DNA of 64,000 nt from Octopus sinensis. Lineage: Eukaryota. Below the pieces are notes generated by a model. It had not been told where the DNA came from. It saw nothing but the letters and a program-made list of their open reading frames with translations, and ran no database searches. The stretch covers positions 62,806,001 to 62,870,000 of the forward strand of contig NC_042997.1 of assembly GCF_006345805.1 (NCBI RefSeq). The letters are read 5' to 3'. A program made the translations under genes and the position numbers. Shown piece after piece: positions 1 to 15,042 of this stretch. Numbering within the stretch: position 1 is the stretch's first letter; every line of letters starts with the position of its first letter.

Positions 1-300
1 GACTGCAATTCCCCCTTCGTGTCAGCTTTGCCATGTCCATTAACAAATCTCAGGGTCAAACCCTCTCTGTAGCTGGTCTTCTCTTGGAAGAGCCCCGCTT
101 CTCGCATAGGCAGCTGTATGTTGGCTGCTCAAGAGTAGGAACCAAAAGAAACCTTTTTGTATATGCTCCACAAGGAAAAACAAGGAACATTGTTTACAAC
201 GAGGTGTTATAATCTCAACAGCCAGGAGGTATATACATGATCCCCTTTTTTTTAACAAACTTCATGTACTTTCACGTATTTATATTAATATACATATATT

Positions 301-331
<31 letters not shown>

Positions 332-402
332 CCATATATATATAACAGAAAGTCTAATTCTTCTATTGAATGTAACCGGGCAACGCCGGGTATCTCTGCT
401 AG
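1..402 (+). mobile_element. Helitron 3' end
   Basis: Helicase stop at 212 and a 3' UTR containing (GT)n/(TA)n. GC-rich hairpin AACCGGGCAACGCCGGGT (374-391), then the CTAG terminus (399-402) followed by T. Confidence 0.85.
3..212 (+). CDS. C-terminal 69 aa of a Helitron Rep/Hel PIF1-like helicase (ORF begins upstream of the window)
   Basis: Frame from nt 3 reads LQFPLRVSFAMSINKSQGQTLSVAGLLLEEPRFSHRQLYVGCSRVGTKRNLFVYAPQGKTRNIVYNEVL*. This matches the PIF1 motifs FAMTINKSQGQ and FSHGQLYVACSRV and the Helitron-typical ending 'TKNIVYKEVL'. It is absent from the supplied ORF track. Confidence 0.92.
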   Translation: MQFPLRVSFAMSINKSQGQTLSVAGLLLEEPRFSHRQLYVGCSRVGTKRNLFVYAPQGKTRNIVYNEVL

Positions 403-413
403 TAATTGATATA

Positions 414-1495
414 TACGAGGATCGACTGAAAAGTTCTTCGACTGACGAAGATACTGTTATGGAATGCGACCAAATGAGGTTCATTTTTTTAATATAGTTC
501 CTCTTGTTCTCCACATACCTCTTCCATCGGTGAAAGTGCTTCGATCCCATTAGTGAAGAAGCTTTCATCCTGTTGATCAAAAAGTCATCAACAGCAGATA
601 TGACATCCTCATCACTACCATACTGGTTCCCAAGTGTTCTTTTCATGTTGGGGAACAGATGATAATGAGATGGGATCAAATCAAGAGAATAGGGCAGCTG
701 ATCAACTAGTTCTAAGCCACAGTCACGTGCAGCAGCCATTGAAAGCAACAAAGCAAAGAAAGCAAGGCGGCGAGCTGGCAGAATCGTTAGCACGCCGGGC
801 AAAATGCTAAGCGGCATTTCGTCTGCCGTTACGTTCTGAGTTCAAATTCCACCGAGGTCGACTTTGTCTTTCATCCTTTCGGGGTCGATAAATTAAGTAC
901 CAGTTACGCAATGGGGTCGATGTAATCGACTTAATCCGTTTGTCTGTCCTTGTTTGTCCCCTCTGTGTTTAGCCCCTTGTGGGTAGTAAAAAAATAGGTA
1001 TTTCGTTTGCTGCAACGTTCTGAGTTCAAATTTCGCCAAGGTCGACTCTGCCTTTCATCCTTTCGGGGTCGATTAAATAAGTACGAGTTACGCACTGGGG
1101 TCGATATAATCGACTTAATCCGTTTGTCTGTCCTTGTTTGCCCTCTCTATGTTTAGCCCCTTGTGGGCAATTAATAAATGAGAAAACAAGGACTTGTGTG
1201 CAGAAGCATTATTTTTATGATCCATGATCCCTTTTGTCAGTTTTTCTGGGCGTTTGGTTTTGATAGTCTTTTGTAACTGCCTCAAGTTGGCTAGTACTCT
1301 CTATTGACGTTGTGGCCGTTTTGAAGATAGTTAACAAGCACAATGCTTTTTGCATCCTCAAAATGGAAGCCATCACATTCCCTGCAGGTGAAACGACCTC
1401 AGCTTTCTTTGGAGCAGGTGCGGAGGCGTGTTTCCACTGCATAGATTGTCTCCTTGTCTCTGGCTCAATACGTTTACTTGAAAACCATGCTTAAC
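414..1495 (-). mobile_element. mariner transposon relic (3' half), interrupted by a SINE dimer
   Basis: 1215-1442 translates MQWKHASAPAPKKAEVVSPAGNVMAS. 272-817 contains CGLELVDQLPYSLDLIPSHYHLFPNMKR (YSPDLAPSDY motif). TIR TACGAGGATCGACTGAAAAGTTC at ~414, similar to the TIRs at 37220 and 39168. Confidence 0.85.
766..1170 (+). mobile_element. tRNA-derived SINE family 1, head-to-tail dimer
   Basis: A-box-like TGGCAGAATCG and B-box-like GAGTTCAAATTCC, plus the core GTCGACTTTGCCTTTCATCCTTTCGGGGTCGAT. The second unit starts internally at ~998. Confidence 0.85.
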
Positions 1496-1717
1496 CGCTG
1501 TTGTTATGACTAAAACAAATAAAACAAATACTTCACTGCACTCATGTAAGAATAGACTAACATACACATACGTATAAATAGTGGTATATACATATGTACG
1601 TATACTTCCATATAGATATACATATCAGGTGAAAAAACATAAGAAATACTTGTCACGTTCTTACAGGCCGACTTTCATTCTTTTCAACGAATTAAACAAT
1701 CCTCTGTTTCTCTTTCT

Positions 1718-2306
<589 letters not shown>

Positions 2307-3904
2307 GTCTCAGTCTATTTGTTTGATTGTCTGTCTGTCAGTCACTCTCTCTTTTCTCTTTCTTTCTCTATATACATACATAAACATATGACATATATAC
2401 ATATACATAGATACATACATATAGACACACAAATATCGATAATGCGATAAAAAACTTTGCTTATACATACATACATATGCACACACACATACATACACAG
2501 GCATCCATAAACATATGAGTAACTATGTATGTATTTGTGTATTAATGTATGAATATATGATTGGTCGTATGTGCTTATAAAAACTAGTATATATCGTAAA
2601 TATCCAACAATGGTTCACCTATCTTTTAAAGAAAACAAAAGCTGCAAATGTATGTATGTATGTATGTATGTATGTATGTATGTATGTATGTATGTATGTA
2701 TGTATGTATGGATGGATGGATGTATGTACGTACGTGCGTATATATATATATATATACATATATACATAACAAAAGTAACCAGAAAAATCAATCTACGCGA
2801 TAGGACAGACAATAGAATTAGGTTTTTATTGAATTGAAACAAATTCATGTTGATGATTGTTAAATATAAAATAAAAATAAAACTTAAAAAAATTATGTAC
2901 AACCAATACATTGCATTTGCATACAATCATTCGGAATGGTTTTATACATATTTAGTTATTTGTGAAGCAATTTGATCGAAAAAATTTGTTATGGACACAA
3001 ATGATTGCATTAAATGGATTGGTTTGTTCATGTTGTTTAGTCCCATATCTGCTCTGGGACTAAATTTTTCATTAAAGCGGGGTTTCCTGTGTTATCCCCA
3101 CTATCTTATATTCAGACGCAGTGTAAGCGGTATCGCGTTTTCGAACGTGTCCGTCACACATTTAAGAGTGTGATAAGTGATTTTAAGGCTATTCGGTTGC
3201 TATATTACAGTATATAGTTATTGCGTAGAGCAGAAGTAAAGAACAGATTTTGTTCTAGGGGTTAATTTCGAGAGCATCAGAAAATTTGTGAGAACGAATA
3301 TTAGTCGCAAAAAAAAAAAAAATAAAATAAAAATAAAAGCGAGAATACTTTATTCTACAACACGATGATTTTTGGTGTCGGATAGTAGTGGATGTTACCG
3401 GCCAGAATCTTGCATATAAATACAAGGCTGTGAAAGATTTTAGAACATTTATAAATAGAAGGTTTTACAAATGTTTCCGGAATATTTTATATATCCCTTC
3501 ATCGGAGACAGTGTAAGAAGATGGTTAAGCAATAGTTATTTAGGCAGAATAGTATACAGATAAGATTCTAATACCTTGTGAGTAAGTTCCAATAGTATTA
3601 AAAATTGGTCATTCCAAGTATAGAGTTTGTACACAGTGTTATTAAATCGAGGGTTTTATTTAAAGTGACTTAAAAGTTGGGAATGTAATCTCATATCGAA
3701 AACAGGAAGAGAGGAATATTTCACAGCCTTGAATTTTTATCTCATTCTGAAAAACTTTTTTATATATACATATGCTGATATATGACTTACGTTGGGCACC
3801 TCATTTGCATAATCACCGAATCTGGTGCTTAACTATAGTTTGTCCACAGCACTCACTCAACATTACCTGTACCTTTGGGTCTTATTGCCACCATTACCTA
3901 TCAT

Positions 3905-4791
<887 letters not shown>

Positions 4792-6044
4792 AACGTAAAC
4801 AAAGTTAATGTTACCTATACGGGCCACTACTAGGCCACTGATATAATCATTTTATAACTATGTCCTTAACTTACACACACATACACACACACACACTCAT
4901 ACACACATATATACACACATACATACGTTCATACAAACATAATACGTACATGCACAAGCACATGCATTCTTTGTGGTAGTCGAAACTGATTAGTATGATG
5001 ATCTAAAGATCAATTTAAGGGGATTAAAAGAAGTGACTGAAATCGATATCATTATTTCTGCCTTGATTGAGATACATTTTAAACAAGGATCTCTAACTGT
5101 ATGTTGTGAAGGATATGCAGATTCGTTGATTTGATTGGATAAGGCCATAAGAAATCGTACTTTTTTGATATCGGCGTAAAGGTGAAAACTTCCTTCGCAT
5201 CAAAATCGCTGTATAGACTGCTGTGGTTTTTCGAGCCAGAACCTACTTAACAATCTCTGATGTGCTCAGTCCAGTCACAGAGTGGCACAGTGTAGATTTC
5301 TAAAACATTCCAAAGATTTTTCATTTGAGTTTCCTGTAATGAGAATAAACACACAATCACAAACATATCTATGACGTACTCACACACATGCCTACAACGT
5401 AATCACAAACAAATTCGTGTTGTAAAAAGACGTGTAGATCCGTTTTAAGAGCGCATGTATATTTACACATGCACTTACATATATGTACACACTGACTCAG
5501 TCATATATTCACAAATCCTATGAATTGTCTTGACTAAAACAACAGCACTATGTCCCTTTGCTAGTGACTGGCTTGGATTCTACATACAAAAAGCGTAAAC
5601 AAACTTTAAAGAATAACACTGCACGCTGGTATACATGTTTACACGAAAAACATAGCCGGTCTTAACTGACATGATAAAAGAAGTGACAAAAAAAAACAAA
5701 CATGTTTATAACAATACACACAAAATAATCATTGATGTACACACTAACATATTCACAAGTACCGAAAAAAAAAACCCAGCCCGAGAACTAAAACAAAAAA
5801 CAAAACAAAAACAAAACAAAAAATGAGAAACAAACAAAAATGAATCGTCACGTTCTTACTTTTTGACTTTTCTTATATTCTGCTAGATTTCAAGTCTCCC
5901 TTTCTTACTCATCGCCTCACCGCACTCATGTTTTGTGTGTGTACGTGTATGTGTGCGTGCGTGTATATATATATATATAAGTATACACAAATAAATATGC
6001 ACATACAAAATACACATACAAAATACATATATATATATACATAT

Positions 6045-7665
6045 ATTACAATTCAGGGACGATACAACCTGTAGCTAACGAATAAATAAATAGTCTCTCT
6101 TTATTACAAAATACAGATCCCCGTCTCTCTTTATTACAAAATACAGATCCCCTTTGAACGCATCTACAACAAATGACATATCTACCACGACTTTTGAATA
6201 ACACACACGCAAATATTAAAAATGATACATTCAAAAGAGATACCCAAGAAACCATTAATTGTTTACTTTTGTGGATTCCAGGTCGTTGTGAATTCTTGGC
6301 AGAGAAGAAGAAGAAAAGAAGAAGAAGAAGAAGAAGAAGAAGAAGAAGAAGAAGAAGAAGAAGAAGAAGAAGAAGAAGAAGAAGAAGAAGAAGAAGGAGA
6401 AAAAGAAGAAAATAATGCAGGGGTGCTATGATAGTAGTAGGATGGGAAATGGCCAAGTGCCCTAAAAGTGCCTTGTGGATGGTAGTAGTGATTGAATTCT
6501 TGAGATATCTGTTTTGAATGTTAGTTTATAATATTTGCGTAGGTGTTATTTTAAACAGCATTGTGTGTTTGGAGGATTAAGTTCATTCTGTGGCCCTTTT
6601 TTTAGCAGGGGAATGTTTTGAAGGATGGTGTCGAAGGCTTCATTGTTAAGAGGGTTGTGTGTAGTAGGGCTTTTGGTTGTAAACCCTACTTTAATTTGGG
6701 ATGTCTGAGTTCGTGGATGTTGAGTTGTAGGGCACATTGAAGGCATATGTCAGTTAGTGAAGGTGGGTAGTTCCTGGTGATGGGTGTATCCTTAAGTTTA
6801 TGTAGTCGTGTGTCCCTGGTGCTTGCATTAGAAACTATAGTACATATCCTTTTTGCTAGGTTGAAGGGGATATTCATTCTGGTATGTCTGGAGTGCCATG
6901 TGTTGAACGGTAGATATTGCTTGGAGTCTGTGGGCTTATAGTATATATTTGTTTCTATTACGTTGTTAGATTTCTTAATGAGGATGTCGAGGAAGGGAAG
7001 TTGTTGATGGCTATATTCCATCGTGAATTGAATGTTACGTCTAGTCCATTTGTAAGTGCTTGAAATTCTTTAAGTCTTTCTATACTTTCATGCCAAAGAA
7101 AGAAACAATCATCCAGGTATCTCTTCCAGTTATTTTCTATGTAGAGGGAGAATGGGCTGCCGTATTTTTCTGGAACCTTACGATAAATACTAATTTCTAG
7201 ATATCCCATAACTAGGTTAGCAAAGGAGGGGGCCATTCTCCTACCCATCGCAGTCCCCGATTTTTGTCGATAGAAGTTGTCTTTGAAGACGTAGCAGTTA
7301 TTCTCCAAGATAAATTTTAGCCCTTCTATCACGAATTCCTTTTTGATGCGATGTTGGAGTTCGTTGGCGTAATTCTCTAACAAAAATTGAATTGCCTCTA
7401 TTCATAGGTTGTGGGGGATATTGGAATTGAGGTTGACTACATCGAAGGATACTAGTAGAGTGCTTTTGTTTATTGTTTCAGGAAGGTGATCGAGCAAATC
7501 CAAGTCGTCCCTTATATAGCTTTTGACATGCTTGAGGAATGGTTTTTAGAGGATATCTAAAAAGTTATTGACGCGGTGGGTTTCGCATAGGGGACCTGCT
7601 AGTATAGGTCTCAATTTGAGGTCATTAGGAGGGAGTAGGGACTTTGATTATTATGTCTGTGGCTA
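6045..7665 (-). mobile_element. Penelope-like retroelement relic (RT and C-terminal extension; GIY-YIG not seen)
   Basis: Reads [26 protein letters not shown], then YRQKSGTAMGRRMAPSFANLVMG and WKRYLDDCF, then LPFLDILI..YYKPTDSKQYLPF. It contains stops and frameshifts. Confidence 0.9.
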
Positions 7666-7667
7666 TC

Positions 7668-7726
<59 letters not shown>

Positions 7727-7738
7727 ATATTATATATA

Positions 7739-7779
<41 letters not shown>

Positions 7780-8394
7780 CATACACACACATATATGCAT
7801 ATACATACATACACCTATGCATATATTTACATACATATATATACAAAGAAAAGCAAACAAAATAACCATGGACGCAGTAGGACAATAAAAATATGATTTT
7901 ATTGAAGTGGAGACAAAACAAAGTCATGATGATAAGAGTTAATTATATCATAAAAACGAAAATAAAATAAAGAACAACCAAATATATTGAATTTGTATAA
8001 AATCATGCAGCAAGTTATTATAGTTTTTTGTTACTTTTGTATTTATATAATCGAGTTATGGATATTAATGATTACAATAACGGATTGATTTGTTGTTGTT
8101 GCATATCCTTGAGATCAACCCCAGCTGAGCCGACCTATTATTAAAGTTATTACATGTTACGTTCCATGTTTTATTAATGCATCCAGGACTATATTAACTG
8201 ATGACTTTTTCCAACTTTCAAGACTGTGAGAAGCGTTGTTAAAACTTATTGGCAGTTATAAAACGATCACGTAGAGCAGGGGTGAAGAACCGCTATCGAT
8301 CTAAGGGTTGATATCAAATGCACAAGGAAACCTGTAGGGGCGAATCTTTGCTGAAGAAAAAAATGAATTTTTTATTTCATGATTCAGGGCTAGG

Positions 8395-8700
8395 TACGTG
8401 ATCTGACACTCCATCTGTTACGACAGCAACGGTTCCAGTTGATCCGATCAACGGAACAGCCTCTCCTGAAATTAACGTGCATGTGGCTGAGCACTACACA
8501 GACATATGTATTCTTAACATAGTTCTCAGGGATATTGAGCATGGCACATGGTGTGGTAAGGCTGGCCTTTGAAATACAGATATTATTCTTATTTGCCAGC
8601 TGAGTGGACTGGGGAAACGTAAAATAAAGAGTCTTGTTCAAGGACACAAAAGTTGGTGTGGGATAGAAGCAACTGTTACTGACCAAAATCCTGTTTTCAG
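8395..8700 (-). mobile_element. SINE family 2 (decayed; GTCCTTGAACAAGAC-type body)
   Basis: Shares GTTCCAGTTGATCCGATCAACGGAACAGC and AATTAACGTGCA.GTGGCTGAGCAC with the copy at 29325-29490. Confidence 0.6.
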
Positions 8701-9302
8701 ATGGCACAGGATTATAGATCGCATGCTTGTTGATGAGAGGCAGTATTCTAATGGTGAGATATAAGCACCTCTAGCTTTTAGCAGTCTGCTCACTGTTAAA
8801 AGCAAGTTGTGCAATATTTCTTGTAGCGGTCCAAACTGATTTGTATTATGATTAAAAAATGCAACATTTCAAATAAGCAAGCTGAAATATGCAAGCTCTG
8901 TCAGACATGGAGACCCGTGATCATACACAAGTACTGTATAAGTTAAAGACTGGCTTAAATAGACATCGATATTGCTGACTTGGGTGCAGTCAATTTTTCC
9001 GACTGACTGTGGTGAAGACTACGTAGTTCTGTTGTTTCGTTTCGATGAAACCCCAGATAAAAGATACCTTCGCGGAATTGGCATCATGACCAAAGCCTCC
9101 ATTACATTTATTTCAGCGATAGATGAGTGAGCTCCGTTTCAGCATTAATTTATAGATCACTGGAATTATCCAAGAAAGAACAGAAGAAATCGACGCTAAT
9201 CTTTCAACTCCTGTCGATTAGTTGTACACTGTAGATACGTAAAATATTGTAGAGGTTCACCATTTGAGTTTTTGAATTAACTACGTACACACACACACAC
9301 GC

Positions 9303-9337
<35 letters not shown>

Positions 9338-9497
9338 AACACACATAAACACACACACCCATTTCATAATGTTCTATCCATCCTTTAAAATATTTATAAA
9401 AATATATAAATTGTTTGCATTATCCTTCTTTTATTATATATTTTTTTTACTAGAACTCACCACGTGGGAAAAATCTATCCAAGGAAATTATTTTTAC

Positions 9498-9528
<31 letters not shown>

Positions 9529-10199
9529 CACACATATGCGTAGAGCTAACTACACAAGAAATACGTGTTGTAAGAAGACACGTACACTCATTATAAGAGT
9601 GCAAATATATCCGTGCATACCTTTACAGATATGCACGCATTAACTCATTCCCACATTTTCCAATTCTTGAAATTCTCTTCACTCAAACAAAGACACCTTG
9701 CCACTTTGTTAGTGACTTGTCTGAATTCTGTGAAGAAGAACTTTAGCAATTGTCATAGGGAAAACATATCATCACATTGACACACATTTCTGTTTACACG
9801 AGAAAATATAAATTTGTCTTTAACCGTAATTTTTAAGGCAAAGAAGAGAAATATATTGCTGATTGCATGCTTATGTCATACATTCACATATGCATATGTG
9901 CAGACATTCACTTATTTACAGATATCCAAAGAAAAACCAAATATATTTGCCATGTTCTTACTGATCACTTTTCTTTAAATTGCTAGATTTCAAGCTCTTC
10001 CTCTCAACCCGAGAATCACGTATGTACATGCATTAATACCTAGGTATGGATAGATGGATGGATGCATATGTTTATAAAAGCATGAATTTGAACGTAAATT
10101 TGCAATAAATGCTTCACTATTAAAAAAGACCATAATTGACACAGTAGGACAATAAGAAACGTGCTTCTATTGAATTCAAGATAAAGCAACTAGTTATAT

Positions 10200-10412
10200 T
10201 GGTTTCAAATTTTGGCACAAGGTCAGCAGGTTTGGGGAAGAAGATAAGTTGGTTCAATTGACCCCAGTTTTCATCAGGTGCTTATTTTATTGACTCTGAA
10301 AGGATGAAAGGTAAAGTTAACCTCGACAGAATTTGAACTCAGAACATGAAAACTGAAGAAATGCTGCTAAGCGTTGAGCCCGGCGTGCTAACGATTCTGC
10401 CAGCTGATCGCC
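10200..10412 (-). mobile_element. SINE family 1 copy
   Basis: AAAGGATGAAAGG..AATTTGAACTCAGAAC..GTGCTAACGATTCTGCCAGCT. Confidence 0.8.
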
Positions 10413-10949
10413 TCGGAACAACCAGCAATATTGATGAATATAAACTATATAAAAATAAAAAACAGATTCCGTCGAAAAGTCCAGTTTGTATAAAATCATA
10501 CGTTTTTAATAATTATTTTTATATCAATTTAATCGGGAAAAACAGTTATGGACATAAGTGATTGCAGTAATGGACTAATTTGTTGTTGTTGTTAAACACT
10601 TGGTCATCCTTGTTTGAACTGACCTATCATTGAAGCCGTTACATTTATTATCACACCTCTTTTATTCAGTTTGTGCATCTTGCTTCATATTATTCAATGT
10701 GACCTCCCTACATAAAAACAATAAGAAAAAATTTAAGGATCTTTGACTGTCATATAAATTGATCACATAGAGCAGGGGTAAAGCAACGTTTTCATACCAA
10801 AAGTTAATTCCACGTTCATAAAAGACTCAATGAGGGCAAGTCACTATCAAAAACACTAAAGAATTTTCTAATTCAAAATTATGTTCAAGATTACGCTATT
10901 GTAGGATAGACTTGGAAATATAGGTCATATGACTATTGTTCAGCGACGT

Positions 10950-12400
10950 CATAGAATGCTTCAATTTCCTTTTTCAGTGACAGTATTCTTGACTGCGTAT
11001 AGAAATGAGCCCAAGCTCTGATAGTGTTTTATAATTTCCTCGGTTGATTCACTAAGGTGGATTTATAAATCTTGTAACAATAGAAATATGTTTGCAATAA
11101 GACTTAGCTTGTAGCATATCGATTGTATACGCTCTAATTGTTTGGGATGCATGTGATCATCCATAATAATGATTTCCCTCTATGAGAACATTTTAGCCCA
11201 AATAAACATTGCAATTGCTACCTTAGGTCAGGCCCATTTTTAACACCATGAAGCGGTGTGACGTGGTTGGATTTTGATTTCTATACGAAAATACTACGTC
11301 GACGATGAAGTACAGGTAAGAGCAGAGCTTGCCACACAGCTTATAAGGCAGTTCGCGGAAAAAGAGTTTTCAAGCTCCAGAAACCTCATATAAAGGAAGT
11401 TTCACTTACAAGAAGACTTCCAGTTTTCAGACTACTTCTACAAGAGTTGTCCTGGCCTCGTACAACATTCTGCAAACTCTCCAAAGTAATCGTTGCTCAT
11501 ACAAAACATCAGCACTTTTTTCAAATTCAGGAAGTTTTTGTTAAATATCCCCATCCTCCCCCTTTGTAATGAACAGTATGGTCTCTCATATATTTCTTGT
11601 ACATTCATAAATCACTTCTGGGTGGTGCATTACCGAGTGTCTTCTTTGCACCAATTTGTCCTTTTTGCAAAATAATGGAGGAATACTAGATTTTATATGT
11701 TATTTTATCTCTTGCCTCGAATTTCTTTTGGAGCTGAATCATTTCCCTTCACTAGTATTACTATGTTGCTATTGTTGTCGTTGTTCCCATTTCTGCCCAG
11801 GTTTTTGGTGATTTTTTTTGGATTAGTCAGAGAAGAGAAGTTAATGACCATGATCGCTGAAAGACATCTGGGACTGGTGGATTGAAAGAAAGGAAATGAT
11901 CGTGACCCACAGTCTGCTACTGTAAGAATCACTACATCAAGACATCGACTGATAACCTGTTTACCATCGAGTGGGCTGCATTGAACCACCAAGGGTCAGG
12001 TGGTTGTCTTAAACTGGACAACTTTTAAATCTGTCGCTCAAGAACATGCACAGGCCATACAACAGTCTTTCATACAGTTTCTGTCCTGCCAAATTTTATT
12101 CGTAATGTTTGGGTCAATTGGAAAATATGGAAGGATATTAACCCAAGGATGATATGCTGCGGGATCGCATCTAAAAGTCACATTCTTGCGAATCTGACTT
12201 AACCGCATAACTATATGGACATATGTACGCCCATGTTGTTACTAGTATTCATTCAAATTCATTCTGCTTTCCATTTTGCTATTATCGAATTGGCAGACGC
12301 CTTTCTTTTTTGTGCTACTGCCATTCATGCTCTTACAGTTTGTCTCCTCTTCCTATTACTTTCCATTACATTATGTAAAAGTACTGGTTACCTTGTTGGC
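10950..12400 (-). mobile_element. heavily decayed, internally deleted L1/Tx1-like LINE
   Basis: Minus strand shows APE-like remnants (SRCLDVV; FSDH at ~11850) joined to a post-RT-like segment (IPPLFCKKDKLVQRRHSVMHHPE..GGWG). Many stops. Confidence 0.4.
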
Positions 12401-12654
12401 AAAAGGAAAAAAACATAATAAAAATTAATTCTACTTGAGTGGAGAAATTCGGTAAAACTGTTCTACGTTTGAAACTCAAGGCATTGCAAATGCAAAGTAG
12501 CAATAAAACATATTTTACAGCTAATGAAAGCCAACATTTTGTTTTGAGTTACGCTGGACATGCCTGACTTATTTATTAGGCAATAAAAAAAAATATTATT
12601 AATAATAATAATGTTAATAATGATTATGATAACAATAATATTAATGCAAAATGA

Positions 12655-12830
12655 TACTCCTTTCCACTATAGGTACAAAACTTGAAATTTCGGGGAGGGG
12701 GCTAATCGGTTACATCAACCTCAGTGTTTAACTGGTGCTTATTCTATCAACCTCAAAAGAATGAAAGGCAAAGTCTACTTCGGTGGGATTTGAACTCAGA
12801 ACATAAAGACGGACGAAGTGCCGCTAAGCT
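12655..12830 (-). mobile_element. SINE family 1 copy
   Basis: ATGAAAGGCAAAGTCTACTTCGGTGGGATTTGAACTCAGAAC core. Confidence 0.75.
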
Positions 12831-13399
12831 AATGGTGCGAGAGCCATTCTAGGATTTACAAACATGTGGCGATGCACTAAAATATTTGTATTAAAACGAG
12901 AGTTTGTGTAAAAACAATATACAATAAGTTTATTAGAATAAGGATATTAGACGTTTTATGCAAAGAAATACACACGCACACATACGCACACATACATATT
13001 GAACGCCATACGATATTTAAAGACTTTCTGAACTGATTAAAAAAAAACCTTCCTTCGTCTTCCTTTTAAGATAAAGCCTTCCATTATCACTATTTCTGTG
13101 GATGGTGTGCACAGTGTTTTAAGGATTTCAATATCAAGGGAGCAACTTTTTTGCACCGTTCAGACAACTATCTGAAACTTTGGTTGCATTGTTGGTTCAT
13201 CTTGTTGTAAGAAGAATGCTTAAAAGCCACATGTCAATAGCTCTGATTAGCAGACCTATATTTAAAGACAGACATTCTAACCATGACAGTCTTTGTTTTA
13301 CATGTTTCTTGCTATATTCAGCAATGTTGAGACAATAACTGATATCGGTTTCAGCTCCAAAATAAATAGAAGCACGAGCAGACTATCTCCTTAGAGTAC

Positions 13400-14150
13400 T
13401 CCTATTGAAATATATGTAATGTTATAGTCAGTTGCTGTGTATTAGATTACCTCACGAAGATGGTTGACCAGCTTTTTGTAATCTGAGCCTTTCATTGACA
13501 ACCAGTGGAATAACAGGTATTTTGCTAAATGCAGAGATGACAGAAAACATAGACGGGAAATAGTCTAATGTCGTAATGTAATTAGATCTTATTGTCTCAA
13601 AAGTTTCTATCACATTAATTTATTTATATTTATTACATCAGGAAATATAGCTTTATTAATTAAAAGTTGTTCGATACATCAGTCAATTCCATTTTTACAC
13701 TTCTAGTATATGTTTGGTGTAGCAATCAATTTGGAGAAACTGGTTGAAGCAGTTTAAGCAATCAGCAGGTCTATAGATTTCGAGTAGATCAGTTTATACG
13801 AAGCTAGTTTAGTACATCAATTGCTTTTCATCTGTGGTTCTTTTAGATGTAGATATGAATGGCTTCTGTAATACGTCAACATCTTGCACCAGTATTAAGT
13901 CTCTTGTTTGGGACGTTCTTATGAACGTCTCTGGTGAGAGTTTCTGAACTGACAATGTTTGCTTTACAGTTGATATTGATACAGCATTTTCTTCTAATTG
14001 TATTCAGCTATGAATGCAAAATCATTATTCTTTGTAAGCCTTTTATTGGCAACCGCTAAGGCAACTGATACGGTTGATAAAATCAGTGATGTCAATGCAT
14101 ATAGGCGGCGAAAATCATTATTTTCTTTCAAAATTCCAGGTTAAAACGAT
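13400..14150 (-). mobile_element. possible decayed RTE-type LINE RT/3' region
   Basis: Only weak, stop-interrupted resemblance (NDFAFIAEY, similar to the ADD motif context). Confidence 0.25.
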
Positions 14151-14239
14151 GTAAGATCCTTTTAGAAAAGGCTCTTTTTACAGAGTTATATTCTCTTATC
14201 CTTAGCTGTACATCTTGCAGACTACTGACAAATGTGTTA

Positions 14240-14430
14240 GCAGTTTGTGGGGACAGGGTTAAGTCGCTTAAAGTGATCCCAGTACTTGACTGGCACTTAT
14301 TTTATCGACCCTGAAAAGTTGAAAGGCAAAGTCGACCCTGGCAGAATTTGAACTCAGTACGTCATGACGGACGAAATACCACTAAGCATTTTTCCCCCGG
14401 CGTGCTAACGATTCTGCCAGATCACCTCTT
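14240..14430 (-). mobile_element. SINE family 1 copy
   Basis: GAAAGGCAAAGTCGACCCTGGCAGAATTTGAACTCAG core and head. Confidence 0.8.
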
Positions 14431-15042
14431 TGATCAAATGTGTAATAATGATGATTAGTTTATGTTGTCATAAATAGTAATGAAAATTATGACTCAACGT
14501 CTCGAATTTTTGTTTTTGTGTTATATAAGTTTGAAATGCAGTATTACCCTACAGTATAATTCAATTTTTCGTAAGATTGCACCTTACTTATATATCAAAA
14601 TGTAATGTGGATTAACTACCATTTAAAAATATGATCACTAATTTGATAAGTCATTTAGGCATACAGCAAACGCATATGTAGCATGTGATACTATGTAGAA
14701 GCCTTCTTATAAATCTATCTGCATTCTGTAACTTTTGCATAATATGAGTTAATGCAATGGCTTGGTCTCATTCCTTTCTTAAACTATCCACCCCTATAAT
14801 CACCTTCAATATTAGCATGGGGAAAGGAAAAGCAGAAAATTAAAAAACAATTTTAATTAGGAAATGATAATCTAGTCACATTCAACAGCACGAAAATGCA
14901 ATTTCGATTCATATTTAGGAAACTATATTGCACTACGCTTCTCTCTCTTTCTCTTTCTCTTTCTCTTACTTGCTGAGCAACGAAATCAAAACACTAAACG
15001 TGCTCCAAATGCTAGGCTGCATAATGTCTAATAGTCATTAGA

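Noticed and set aside
766-860. tRNA genes suggested by A/B boxes
   Set aside because: No cloverleaf; the boxes are SINE heads that continue into the SINE core.
5247-5333. Possible minus-strand exon ETQMKNLWNVLEIYTVPLCDW with an in-frame paralog KTQMVNLYNILRIYSVQLID at 9271-9203 (four synonymous differences)
   Set aside because: Both hit early stops, the acceptor AG is present in only one unit, and I recognise no protein family. The similarity is explained by the triplication.
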